From: Vezdaea acicularis | Lineage: Eukaryota | Reading direction: 5' to 3' | DNA length: 64,000 bases | Assembly (NCBI GenBank): GCA_026025075.1 | Contig: JAPEUI010000060.1 | Coordinates: 1 to 64,000, forward strand | Shown here: positions 50,879 through 63,075 of the stretch, one piece after another | Numbering within the stretch: the first letter of the stretch is position 1 | Layout: every line of letters begins with the position of its first letter | Notes under the pieces: model-generated | What the model was told of the DNA's origin: nothing | Databases searched by the model: none | What the model saw: the letters and a program-made list of their open reading frames with translations, nothing else | Program-made: the position numbers and the translations under genes

Positions 50879-52848
50879 CTTGTATGTAGAGACACTGCGG
50901 AACTCTTAACATAATCAGTTTGGAAGGTGGAGCTTCTTGGACTCCATTGTGTTCCCCACTTGCAACTCGTGGGCGCACTCGCTTGCGCGAGGCAAACGTA
51001 CATCTCCTCACACAAGGCTGCACTGTTACCACCTTCAAACTCCGCGGAACATCAACATGGCCAGGTTTTCGGGAGTATTGAGTGCTCTAGGTGATGCGAT
51101 ACGGAAATGTACAAGAACAAAGTCTTGGCAGAAGCTGCGCACGACACGCAATCACATCTAGTGCAAGTCGGATTCGTGAGCTCAGTCTTAAAGCTGAATA
51201 TATCTACCTACTGGAATCTTCCGGTAAGACTGTTATCGAGAGGGCCCGCCGGCTGTCGATATGGCGCTCCAGGAAGGGTTGTGTATTAACAAATCATCAA
51301 GAGGAATGCCCGCTCCATAACAACCTCCTGCCACTCCAGCAGGACCTTTCGAGGTCGTAGTGCTGGATGCATCGCTCAACACGGTCAAATATGCACTGGA
51401 TATCATTGATGCTGAGGTAAGGCTCGTGTCGCAAATGGTTGTCGTCTTCGTCGTATATCCTGCTGCTGTTACAGTTGCCGAGAAAGCATCAAGCTGATAA
51501 CCGTGATTTAGAGTCCGTTCTTTCTTGGGCGCTATCAGAGACTAGAATTTCCGCTTACAGAAGGACCGTTGACTAAATCCAACTCGCAACCGCCACAAGC
51601 CACACCAACCATGTGCACTAAAGTATTTTCATAAACAGTCAGAGTCGGTGGCAACTGGCCAAGCTCTGATGCTGTGTATTTTGTTACGCATGCCGACGAG
51701 CTCAAGAATGTGGCAGGGTCTGAGAAGTTCTGGGATCTCCTTGCAAAGCCTTTGGAGGTTTGGGTAGTGACTGGTGGGCTTGGCGCGTACGCACACAAAA
51801 CCCTAGGTTGCTTGTTAGAATCCACTGCTCATGGATACGGTTGGCCCTCTCACTCACAATTTGAAGAGCAACGACTGCACGACAAACACCTGAATGAATA
51901 TATAGATCATTGGAACGGTCCGCAAGAGTGCGAGCAAGGTGAACAGACGATCATCACTCTTAGGCACCTTGGGGCTAGAAACACTATATAAATGCTGCCT
52001 ACTTAGAGATCTATACCCGTTTATCCAGTAAGATTCTCGTGAGCGGAAATGTGAGACGCACGGCTAAATTCACGTTTAACGGCCACGGTAAGGGAACCTC
52101 AACCGTGAAACAAAGCCGTTCAGCTTGTGAGACACTCCAGGAAAGGCCTTTCCTTCACCTCAGCTCGGAAGAGGAATGCTGTCTATGCGACCAACTGCAA
52201 GCTTGTCGACAAAGTCCTTCTCGGCTCGCGCCAGAATGCCTTGAACACCGAAAACATCTACGCCAAAAACCGACCAAGGAGAACTGCGGGTAGTTTCGCG
52301 CTACTGTAGCCAAGCTTTTTGGCCATGTTCTGTGGAGGTTCAGGCTTGGCATGCAGGTACCACAACATCATCTCTCGCTTCCATGATCTAGAAGATGTTG
52401 TGGAACAGAGAGGGAAAGCAGTGAAGTTTCCTTTGGCTCGATCGCATCCATATAAGCTATCCCACTATTGCCCTTATGCGCCAGCGGACTTGCGCTACGG
52501 CTAGACGAAACGAGAGCGTGCAGCGTAATCTGCGCTAGAAGCGACTGGCGTGGCCTCTCACGATGCATGCTCTCCGCCCTCCCTTAACAACTCCTGGGTC
52601 TCCGGACTAACACTACGAGCGATGTGAGAGCAAATGAAGTAAGTTCATAATACCCCTGAATACTCGAGCCTACCCGGCGAACTTCAGTCACCTTATGGTG
52701 AGCGCTTAGCTTCTTACGCTCGGCCGCATTCTGCCCATGAACGTATCCCAGAATTGGGTCACCCTCAAATCGAGACACTCACTCACACCTCATACTTGTA
52801 GTCGTGAAGGACTCCCATGTAGGTCCAGGCAATATTGGCATAGGGAGT

Positions 52849-55110
52849 ATGAAGGCTCTTCTGTCTTCACGGCGGAAATGGACGGGATCTCGGAGATTGG
52901 TGATCGTTGGCTGTTTGACACTGTTCATTATTTTTTATTTCGCTAGATCGACTTGGGACTCAAGATCGGCCCTTCAACAGGAACCAAAATTTCAACAAGC
53001 CCCCTTGGCATTCGAACGACCAGTCGAAAATGGGACAGTTACCATTCCGAAAGTCGAGGATCGTCCAGAGACCCAGGCTGGGATAATAGAGGAGATATTA
53101 AAATGGGATCCGCCTGATCTTCCTGATCATTATCCTCCTTACGACGGCTACAAGGGCAAAGATTACGACCCGAATCGATGGGAGGGGTTTCCAATGTGAG
53201 CTTTCATTTCTAGGGAACAGCTGTCAGCACGTCTTTCTAACCATGCGAGTGTCAAGGGATGATGGATTCTATGCGGGTGGTATCAACGATTTAGAACAGT
53301 CGTCTCGGAGCAAGAAAGCGCAGATTCCCACCCCTTACATCCCATATCCCGATTACAACAGTCCAGAGTGGAAGAAAGACTGGAGGGGACTCTGGAGGGC
53401 ATGTGTGGGACCTCGGGGACTTAATCTAGACCAGAGTCCCGACGACATCGTCTACTACATGCCAGGGACGCCGTTGTGTAATACTCTCCATCCCTTAACC
53501 TTACGAACTTGCTAACAATTTTAGCATTCCCTCGGCCAACGCTTGGCTCCTTTGAGGCATTGGAACTTGATAACAGCGTCTGCTTCGATCCCTACTCAAG
53601 ATATGGCGCTTACGGATTTGGAGAGGAAGACACTGAAGTTCCGCAATGGAGAAAGCCAACGAAAGTGAAGTGGAAAGAAGTACGGTGGGGTCAACTGCAA
53701 GATCGATGCATGCAGTATAATGCCGGTCGCTACCCTACTCCAGAGATGGACCCGGCTGTTTACCTGAAAAAATCACCTTCATATAAACCTCGATCAGCCG
53801 TACTCATTCGGACCTGGGACGACTACCAATATCAGCAGAACGATATGCATGCAATCCGTGCGTTGATTACGGAGCTTTCATTGAGATCAGGAGGGGAGTA
53901 CCATGTCTTCCTCTTTGTCCATGTAAAGGACGTTCGAATTCAAATCTTTGAGGACCCGACATTGTACCAGAAAGTTCTTCAAAATTCTGTTCCTGAAGAA
54001 TTCTGGGAGCTCGCGATTCTCTGGAATGAGCAACTATGCGAGAAGCAATACCCAAAAGTCGGGGAGAACTCGTGAGTGTCATAATACCTCGGTTACAAAA
54101 GAAGCTCATCCTGATGTGAATTGTATAGGGTGTACTGGCAGCAATTTCAACCAATCCAATGGTTCTCGAAGCAACATCCTGGATTTGAGTATATATGGAA
54201 CTGGGAAATGGATGCTCGCTATACGGGACATCACTACCACTTACTCGATAAGATTTCCAGCTGGGCAAAAAAGCAACCTCGGAAGTACCTATGGGAGCGC
54301 AGCTCTCGATTTTGGATACCCTCTTTCCATGGCTCTTGGGAGGCGTTCTCCATGCTCATCGCAAAGATCACTAGAAAAAGCGTCTGGGGACCCGTGCTGG
54401 TCAGAAATAGCTCTAAGATATACGGCGTGGATCCTCCATCAACTAGGGAAGCGGACAACTACACTTGGGGCGTAGGTGATGATGCCGACCTCATTACCCT
54501 TCTCCCTTTCTTCAATCCCGAAGGTACGGGATGGGCCCCAGCAGAAAAGATTTGGAACTATCCTCAGGGACCCAAGACTCCACGTCGAGCCTTCATCAAC
54601 ACACTAATCCGTATGTCGAAGACGTTACTCAAGGCAATGGACCATGAAAACAATAATAGCCACAGCATGGCATCTGAGATGTGGCCTGCAACCGTCGCCC
54701 TTCACCATGGCTTGAAAGCCGTCCATGTTCCTCAGCCTATATATCTTGACCGCAAATGGCCTCCAATATACGTGGATCATGTCTTTAACGCTGGCCCACC
54801 AGATAACCCATCAGGTGGAAACGACTCCGTATATAATCCAGACCGGGAACATAATTTCGGGGGGTTTTCATGGTACTTCTGGGCCAAATTCCCGCAAATC
54901 TTGTATAGGCGCTGGTTGGGAATTGCTACGCATGATGAGAATGGAAACCGGGCGGGTGGACGTGAGGTGAGTGCGCTCTGTAAAACTTTGATGCGGTGCC
55001 AGCGTGTGCTGACTTTACTTCTGCAGTGGGAGCTACATCGCGGGCGGATGTGTCTTCCAGGGATGCTTCTTCATCCTGTGAAGAATACAGTTCGAGATGT
55101 GGAAACGTAG
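52849..55110 (+). CDS. DUF3405-family type II membrane protein (multi-exon)
   Basis: N-terminal TM, CFDPYSRYGAYG, RSAVLIRTW, RALITELSLRSGGEYHVFLFVHVK, WNWEMDARYTGH, QPRKYLWERS, SEMWPATVALHHGLKAV, RMCLPGMLLHPVK. Confidence 0.85.
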
Positions 55111-55740
55111 CATTTGCATATAGAAGGTCGCATGGGAATAGAAACTGTAGCTACGATTCTTTTATTTACGGCATCAGAAGATTCCAACCATTGCAATTTG
55201 AGAACTATCCTACGTTTGGGTTCTTACGGAGTGAGCCTCCTCAACGATTGCTATCAAGTATATTCGCGGGACATCAAAGCATTGAGGACTACCTGGTTTT
55301 TCCCCCATGTACTGCGCTCATTACGCGATGTATTTTGCAGCCTCTTCTAATCTCAGCTCGTTTACAGGCAAGGCTCTTTATCGCACCAATACCACAACGA
55401 CACGTAACTTCAAGCCACCAAGGCTGAGCGCCACAATGCGAGCGGAGTGTTATCTTGCCAGTTTATATAGCCCGTCGACGAGCGCAAAGGCTTCTGGGAT
55501 TGAACAATCTATATCATCTCCAAACTAGAGCCTTTTCTCGCACGTTCTGTAACTTCAGAATTGAACGGAATACTCAGGATCTGTGAGATACTCCAAGGGA
55601 AGAAAAGATTAGATATAATGAAGTTTTTCTTTAGAAAGCGCACTAGTGCCAAACCTACTCGTACGGCAATGGTTGAAAGCCAACCTACCTCTGGAGGTAA
55701 TCCTGTATCTCAGAAACAATCTCTCTCGGCAGGAACCGAC

Positions 55741-56467
55741 CCAAAAAATGAACGGATTCTCCCTCGTATTCCAGTTAATGAGACTGTCAATCAAGCTACA
55801 TCTCTTGTATCTCGGAAAGAATCTCTTGCTACGGAAAACGAGGGAACCGTCCCCAAAAATGAACGGATTTCCCCTCCTATTCCAGTTGCTGAAACTGCCA
55901 GGCAAGCTACGTCTCTTGCATCTCGGAAAAAATCTCTTGCTACGGAAAACGAGGGAACCGTCCCCAAAAATGAACGGATTTCCCTTCCTGTTCTAGTTGC
56001 TGAGACTGCCAGTCAAGCTACATCTCTTGCATCTCGGAAAAAATCTCTTGCTACGAGAAACGAGGGAACCATCCCCAAATTTGAACGGATTTCCCCTCCT
56101 GTTCCAGTTGCTGAAACTACCAGGCAAGCTGCGTCTCTTGCATCTCGGAAAGAATCTCTTGCTACGAGAAACGAGGGAACCATCCCCAAAAATGAACGGA
56201 TTTCCCCTCCTATTCCAGTTGCTGAGACTGCCAGTCAAGCCACATCTCTTGTATCTCGGAAAGAATCTCTTGCTACGGGAAACGAGGGAACCGTCCCCAA
56301 AATTGAACGGATTTCCCCTCCTATTCCAGTTGCGGAAACTACCAGGCAAGCTGCGTCTCTTGCATCTCGGAAAAAATCTCTTGCTACGAGAAACGAGGGA
56401 ACCATCCCCAAAAATGAACGGATTTCCCCTCCTATTCTAGATACTGAGACTGCCAGTCAAGCTGCAT
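55741..56467 (+). repeat. 111-bp (37-aa) coding tandem repeat, about 6.5 copies
   Basis: Units begin at 55741, 55852, 55963, 56074, 56185, 56296 and 56407; peptide PKNERISPPIPVAETARQATSLASRKKSLATENEGTV. Confidence 0.95.
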
Positions 56468-56520
56468 CAAAGAGGATGAACTCCTATCCCCAAGATGTGT
56501 TACGACCCAGTGTCCGTAAG

Positions 56521-56715
56521 TCAGACTTCGTCGCTTCTCCTCTCACTCAATATAGTGATGACTATACACAAGATATGTCACGGCTCTATTCCTACACGTC
56601 AGACTTCGACGCTTCTCCCATCACTCAATATAGTGATGACTATACACAAGATATGTCACGGCTATATTCCTACACGTCAGCCTTCGGCGCTTCTCCTATC
56701 ACTCAATATAGTGAT
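56521..56715 (+). repeat. 78-bp (26-aa) coding tandem repeat, about 2.5 copies
   Basis: Units at 56521, 56599 and 56677; SDFVASPLTQYSDDYTQDMSRLYSYT. Confidence 0.92.
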
Positions 56716-58375
56716 TCCATGAGCCCTGTTGAATCTACGTCTGCAATCCCTGTGACATTCTACGACTTGATCGAACGTGAGGATCCATACTCGAACTACG
56801 CAACACCGTATATGGAAGATCTTCCGACGGTTGGTAGCCTGGCTTCAACTGGAAATAGCTCAAGGTACGCCCAGCATGAAACATGGAGATTGGCCGAATG
56901 GCTTCAGAGAGCACCCAGACTAACGAACCAAAGACTTCTTGAAGACAAAGTATTTGTTTGCCTTCACTCTGGATGTAGTACTGCTGGCAAATTCAGGCGC
57001 GCAGCCGATCTAGACCGTCATTATAAAGATACGCACCGACCCCAATAATTATTTGATTGCCCAGACAAAAAGTGCAACAGAGTTGGTGAGAACGGCTTCA
57101 AGAGGTACGATCATTTAGTGGAGCATCGTCGCACCGTGCATGTGAAGAATATCCCGAAGAAGGGAACCCGGGAGTACGATCAGTGGAAAAGAGACGAACA
57201 AAGGCGGAGATACAGGGCTGTGTCATAAGTCTTCGTCCGATTTTAGCAGCACCACATCAAAATACTTGCCTAGATAAATACCTCATATCAGCACCAAATC
57301 TGGGCCAAATTGTATATTTCAGACGTCAGATTAATCTAAAACCAAAGGTCTTTAGCTTTGTCAATTTTGATTTTCGATATTTGCGCTATGGCGGTAGATG
57401 TGGTGCGAATTTGTTGTTAATTAAAAGATGGTTGAAATCGGACGAAGACTTATGACATTGGACTGTAACTGCCTACGTCAGAGTTGCAACGGGGTTGAAG
57501 AGCTTTATGTGTAATAGAGACGGCTGATATAATCTACTTACGACCCTTTCCTTGCATCTGGACTCCAGTGTTCGCTGTGATAATGCACCAAAGGAACATA
57601 ATGACTGTCGAGACGAGCAACAGCCAGCTCAAAACCGGCTTATTACTTGATCTGGATACTGGGAAGCCTTTGCTATAGAGGTACAGACAACGGTGCGCCT
57701 CAGTCTAGAAGAGCGCATTCGTGACATATTATAGAAACGTCCTCTTCGTTCTGAAAGCCCCTTAACCCCCAAAAAACGATCATTTCACCTCATATCCTTC
57801 CTTAGCGCTCCCCACCTAATTTCCTTCTATACAAATTCTACGAGCTTCTACGATGGCCGTACTAGGTTATTATTATTCTATAGGTCTTGGGCTTGTTGCT
57901 TGTCAAATTCCATTTCCAATGGGTAATCATTTCTGTTGCTCGAAGAACATACAATATGCGAGCATGTGGGCGTTAGTACGTAAGAATTTGTGCGAGGCCA
58001 GTAGGCGCGTTTCGATCTTCTCCAATTAGACCTAAGTAGTCTGTTTCTTGATGAAGTAAATTGTACTGTGTATATCGGCCTGTACGCAGATTTCCCACGA
58101 TGAGCTCGTACGGCTACCTTACTACTGCAATATTGATTGACATATTTTGTACGAACTGATGCAGTTGTTCTTGGTATCTATGGGTTAGGCTGTCGAACAT
58201 TATTTGACTGACTTGCGAAGGACTCGACTTAAATGACAATGTGAGCTGCAGAGAAGGAAAAGTAATGAATGATTTGTATATAGGTAGCAGTTGAGACAAC
58301 CTCAGATATATATGGTAGGTTGACATGAGAACAGTCAACTGCAGACAGCTGCCTAGGTACTCTTGGTGCTGTTCA

Positions 58376-59030
58376 CTACGCAGTCCCATACCGAATCACC
58401 TTGCCGTCCTCTTCATACGTGCCATCATACCACTTCTCCTGAGCATTTCGCAATTCTTCTCCCCCTTTCTTTTCCAACATCTCTGCCTGCTTGTCTAGCA
58501 TCTTCTGGACGCGATCTCGGGATCCACCGTATTTTCTACCGATATCTCCCAGAGTGTGCACCCAGTCGGGGATTCCTTCACTGTGGGGAATTTATCAGAT
58601 CACAGCACGTAGCAAGCGAAGGGGGGGGGGGGTCCCAATCAATCACTTACTGCTTGGGGTGGATGAACTCTAGGTCTCCATTATTATTACGAACGTAGTC
58701 AACAAGGTTCAGAGTTGAGGTGACCCATTCATCACTAGCGAAAATGCCTCCGCGAGAAGTCTCACAGGTGGCTTGAAGCTTCGTGTTCTCTTCTACCAGC
58801 TTGACATCCTTAACCTTAGGGTTGGATTTTACCAGGTACCAATTTGGGGTATGATATCCAGAAGCGGCGCTTATTTTGCCATCCGACTGGCCAAATGTGA
58901 CGCATTGAGTGAGATCGAGTGTTGACCCCTGCTGGTTGCCGTCATCATCGTCACATAGGGCAAAGAGCTTGATATTATTGTCGGTCACGTCAAGGCGGAC
59001 CTTTGTGCAACCGGTTGGGAAAGCAGGCAT
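58376..59030 (-). CDS. CVNH (cyanovirin-N homolog) lectin-domain protein with C-terminal extension, 2 exons
   Basis: FPTGCTKVRL...LFALCDDDDG...STLDLTQC...LQATCE...STLNLVDYVRNNNGDLEF. Intron 58581-58650 (GTAAGT...CTGAT...CACAG) joins in frame to HEGIPDWVHTLGD...RYGTA*. Confidence 0.8.
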
Positions 59031-60722
59031 TTTTGCTTAGGGGTATAGAGAGACTAGAATCTGCTATACTTGCCAAGCTATGAAGCAATTCGAGTGTGCT
59101 AGTGTTGGCGACGATGGAAAAATATTGATGGCATTTGCCAAGCAGTTCTTCCATCTTTATAGTAATTATCTGGGGCGGGCTACCAAGGTCTGCCTACTCC
59201 TTCCCGTCCTTGAACATCACAAGGCACTCAAAATTATCAAGGCGAGCCGAGCCTGAAGCATAGAATTCGAGAGGTTCATGCCAAATAGAGCAATTGAGTA
59301 GCCAGAATACGGATATTCCACGCGATATCGATAAAGACTGACAGCTGTTTTTGGATTTTTCACCCAAAATGCTTCGGAGAACGTACGAAAAAGTAAATAG
59401 TTTGACCGACAAGGCGTCTACCAGCCGTCCTTCAGCCAGCCACTTGTGCATAGTAGTGAGCACCATCATATTGTCCGATTGGTTCCGAGTATTGATTTCG
59501 ACAATTGTGGGGTCAAGCATCGCTGTGCTAAAAGAGCTTAATCCAATGAAAAAACAGGTACATCGTGTCACTCTAGCTTCGCCAATCAAATACCGTAGCT
59601 CTAGACAAAAGTCGATGTTGTGGGCAGAATTGATGGCGCACAAACGTTTAATCGGCAATATTACCCGTCAGCGCACGAGATCATCGGCAGCCCATAACAA
59701 CTCTTTGTAGTATAAGCCCCGGAGCGTTGCGTCTTCGTTCTCTATGGAGTATCGCGCTACGGGCCGAGCCCAGAACCCTGCAGCGGGGTCCTTCAGCTTT
59801 AAGTTTGTGGCATTTCGCTTGTGCGCAATCGATTTGGTCCGCAGAGGTCAGACGTTCTAGACTAACCAGACGTCAAAGCGGTAAGACAAAATGGATGCGC
59901 ACAAGCGACGGTTCCCCCTACAGCTATATGCCACAGGTTCGAGGGTACAGAATTGCCTCACTAGGCCGCGGACATAGCCCAGAGTATGACACTCACAAAG
60001 AGAATAAAGGCGCAGTAATATCAAGCCCATGCTGAGAATGATTGTGATAGACTGTCGATAATCTTGGGAATGCTGAGAGTAACGCTTGCTGATGGGTGAA
60101 CACACTCATTATTCTCTTATGCATCATCAATTTTTGCTTTCACTTCGCGTTTGATCTGGTCCGTGTAGATCAAAATAGGTGTGACTGTCCTTGAGTGAGG
60201 TCATACTCTAGAGGTGCCGATACTCGTGACAGTAGAACTCTTTCGGCGACTCAGCAGGCCGGAAAGTGCTGTCCGCTCTACATGAACCTCACAAATCGAC
60301 GATGTGAGGGCGCGCCGCGATAGCCAAATCTGATACAGGAAATTCTTTCCGGTATCCATCTTCCCGATGCCAAGGAGCTTGTGCTGTAGTAGATGCTGAG
60401 TACTTTGTCCTGTTTGGATTGTGGATTTTCAATACTGCCAGGAGCGATCATATTAAGTATCGGATGATGTTGAATGGGAACGGCAACGGAAGGCTTTATT
60501 GGTTCAATGAGACTGCCGTATCGAGTTAATGACTTTGAACTTGACTGTGCACGCTGAATCCGGAACTGAACCTTTGAAAAATGAGGTACAGGGCACTTCA
60601 GTAATCGTGTTGATATCCGATCATGGGGATTTATGTAGAGCCTCGCCTTCTCACGTAATATCAGCGTGAAAGGAATAGCGTAGATTGATTACAGTTGACA
60701 TTCTTTCGCATATAGAACGCGG

Positions 60723-62534
60723 TTATGTTTTCCTCTGCCGCCAGACCAGCCATATTCTTCTTATTTCTTTGCCAGCAGCCATCACTAGCGGCACCCCGAC
60801 TGGTCCCAGCAATGGTAGATAGACTGCAACCTTGTGCTCATCTGGAAAGTAGACCTGCCCAACCATGCTCTTCTCGAAGAAACCTTTTTCAGCGTGTTCT
60901 TCCGCTTGTCTAGCATTCTCTAGTGCCTTCTCAAAGCGACCTTCTCTTAAGTCTTTGCATGCTTGTGCGAGATGAGACAGAGTGCGGTCAACACTACTTG
61001 CAACGGTCTTTGGAATGCTGATGCTGGGAAGGGCTTGGGTGAGCCGCGCGAGTGATCCGAGGGTGGAGGACGCAGAAAGTATCAAAGACGCAGACCGTGC
61101 ACGTGTTAATGTTAGCAGGCGAAGGGGGAGTGAAGGTGGCGATTGTGGTAAGCCAAGGAGGGAGAGCAATTGATGTGAGAAAGTAAGCAAGGCGGGCCGT
61201 AAGGTGTCAACGGTGAGTTCCTCTTGAGTGTTTAATATAGTAACTCCGCCCCACTGTGGAACCAGCCAACTGTTGCTTCCGCTTTCCTGCACTACCAGAG
61301 GCATCTTTGCGGGGTCTGGGACATAGAGGATGAAATTAATTGTTGGCGCGACCCCAATGCTGGGAGAAAGCGGCCACTCGGCGGCGTTGATAAATCCACT
61401 AAGGTCTTCTTTTCGGAGGGTCCACGCCGAAAGTGCTTCATCGTATTCAGGTTCTCTGACAGAAGGCGAGAAAGAGGCGTAAAGTTGGACCTGCGTGTCA
61501 ATTGTAAAGTTACTGATAGGCGACAACGACTGTAAGAGTGGGGCAAGGTATTCGGAGATTGCCGACTCGATGGCCCAAGTGGACGGGCTTGCTCCAGGTG
61601 TGAACAGTGAAATCGTGAGGTGGTACGTTGACGCATACTTCATAGTACGTGTAGTACGTTTAGCTAGACTTGCGGTAAGCTCGGCTGGTAACACTTTGGC
61701 CAGGGAGCGAGTCTCCCGGCCATTTGAGGGTGCAGATGGAGCAGGTGAAGCAGCAGAATTTCCTGCTAGAATCCCCCCACTTGATGGATTCGCAGATAGG
61801 ATGTACGCAATCATGGCTTGCTCTTCTGCAAATATATCTTGAAGCTTATTCGCAATAAAGCTAGCCAGAGGTGACGAGCTAGATGAGGTTGATGGAATCT
61901 GATTCGAACTATAGTATACCTCCAGCGTCGGCGAATACGGTTGGAGGACAGAATGCGGAGTAGAGCCAGACTCTCCAGGGAGAAGCTTTACAGTCAGTGC
62001 TACATCAGCTCCTTCTCCTGGCTCAAAGCCCCCTTCCTCTAAATCCGTTTGATTTGTAGGTTCTATTTTCTCTGCAAGCTGAAGTCGAAGATGATGGGCT
62101 GAGAAGTCGTTCAGGTCATCCAAAGCATGTTGAGTAGTTCGCAGCAAGTTCTTCGCCTCCTGTGCGTGCAGTGACTTTGCTTCGACCGAGATTTGGAGTG
62201 GAAAGACAGGACGACAGATCTGCCTTAAGGTTAAATTAAGAGGCCAACATGAATTCATGATGAGCCTTACCTTCCCATCCGCCCACTCTCCCATACCTGC
62301 GAGCGGCAGCTGGGCTCGATATATGGTCGTTGTTTTCCACCATATTGGCAGGCCGAAGAGTATGACAATGGCCCAAAACGAAGAGATCACCAGTGTTCGG
62401 ATACGAATCCCTTCAGGGGTTTCAGGAGGGGGCTTCTTTTTTACGTATGTAAAGTTCTTGCCTGTGCTATGTGGAGAGCCGCTTCTCGCGACAGATTTGG
62501 CCTTGATCCCATTGCCACCAGGTATTTCAGACAT
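60723..62534 (-). CDS. GPI17: GPI transamidase component PIG-S
   Basis: ATG at 62534, LGLPIWWKTTTIYRAQLP, LSGFINAAEWPLSP, WLVPQWGGV, GFFEKSMVGQVYFPDEHKVAVYLPLLGP. One in-frame intron ~62220-62270. Confidence 0.93.
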   Translation of the reverse strand: MSEIPGGNGIKAKSVARSGSPHSTGKNFTYVKKKPPPETPEGIRIRTLVISSFWAIVILFGLPIWWKTTTIYRAQLPLAGMGEWADGKVRLIMNSCWPLNLTLRQICRPVFPLQISVEAKSLHAQEAKNLLRTTQHALDDLNDFSAHHLRLQLAEKIEPTNQTDLEEGGFEPGEGADVALTVKLLPGESGSTPHSVLQPYSPTLEVYYSSNQIPSTSSSSSPLASFIANKLQDIFAEEQAMIAYILSANPSSGGILAGNSAASPAPSAPSNGRETRSLAKVLPAELTASLAKRTTRTMKYASTYHLTISLFTPGASPSTWAIESAISEYLAPLLQSLSPISNFTIDTQVQLYASFSPSVREPEYDEALSAWTLRKEDLSGFINAAEWPLSPSIGVAPTINFILYVPDPAKMPLVVQESGSNSWLVPQWGGVTILNTQEELTVDTLRPALLTFSHQLLSLLGLPQSPPSLPLRLLTLTRARSASLILSASSTLGSLARLTQALPSISIPKTVASSVDRTLSHLAQACKDLREGRFEKALENARQAEEHAEKGFFEKSMVGQVYFPDEHKVAVYLPLLGPVGVPLVMAAGKEIRRIWLVWRQRKT

Positions 62535-63075
62535 TGGGACTTGGGCCTGTAAGTCCAGGGTTCGTCTAAGAAACGTATGTGATCGCGCGACGTGACCCCG
62601 GAATTTGGTGACGTCCGCGTCGGCTGTTTCGGCGGTGCCCTCCTTGGCGCTTGTCACCAGTCGCCTCTCATTCGTCTCAAGCACATATACCAGCTAAACA
62701 CGGCGGGTCTGTGCTTACGTTGCTTACTACACTTCTAATTTAGAAATGGGGATAAACGTGAGAAACTTCTTGCACATCATCAGTGATCACTTGAATCCGC
62801 TGATCTTCAATAGAGCCGTATTCCCATTCTTACAGGTTTTTATCAAGGGAACGGGTCACATTTGAAGCGCGATTCACTGAGACCCCAACCATAGATTCTG
62901 AACCCTATATTACGCGGCTTGAATAACCAGACCGTCTTCATCACATCTTTCATTTCATCTCAGCCAGTTCATCAATAGGCTCAAATTCCCTTTGCCCTCT
63001 CTCCGCTGTGATCCCATCAAAGAGCACGAAAGATACTACCAGACGCTTTCGGTAAGTGCGCACGCGACCCAAAAG

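Larger units (their letters stand above)
55618..57228 (+). pseudogene. Repeat-containing C2H2 zinc-finger gene with an in-frame TAA between the two fingers (nonsense allele or truncated gene)
   Basis: The ORF ends at TAA 57046-57048 after FVCLHSGC...FRRAADLDRHYKDTH. The same frame continues LFDCPDKKCNRVGENGFKRYDHLVEHRRTVH to TAA at 57226-57228. Confidence 0.7.

Noticed and set aside
55609..56440. Alternative-frame and antisense ORFs over the 111-bp repeat
   Set aside because: A unit length divisible by 3 propagates open frames; only one frame connects to the zinc fingers.
59194..60700. ORFs between the CVNH and PIG-S genes
   Set aside because: No recognisable motifs or consistent gene model; a relic cannot be excluded without BLASTx.
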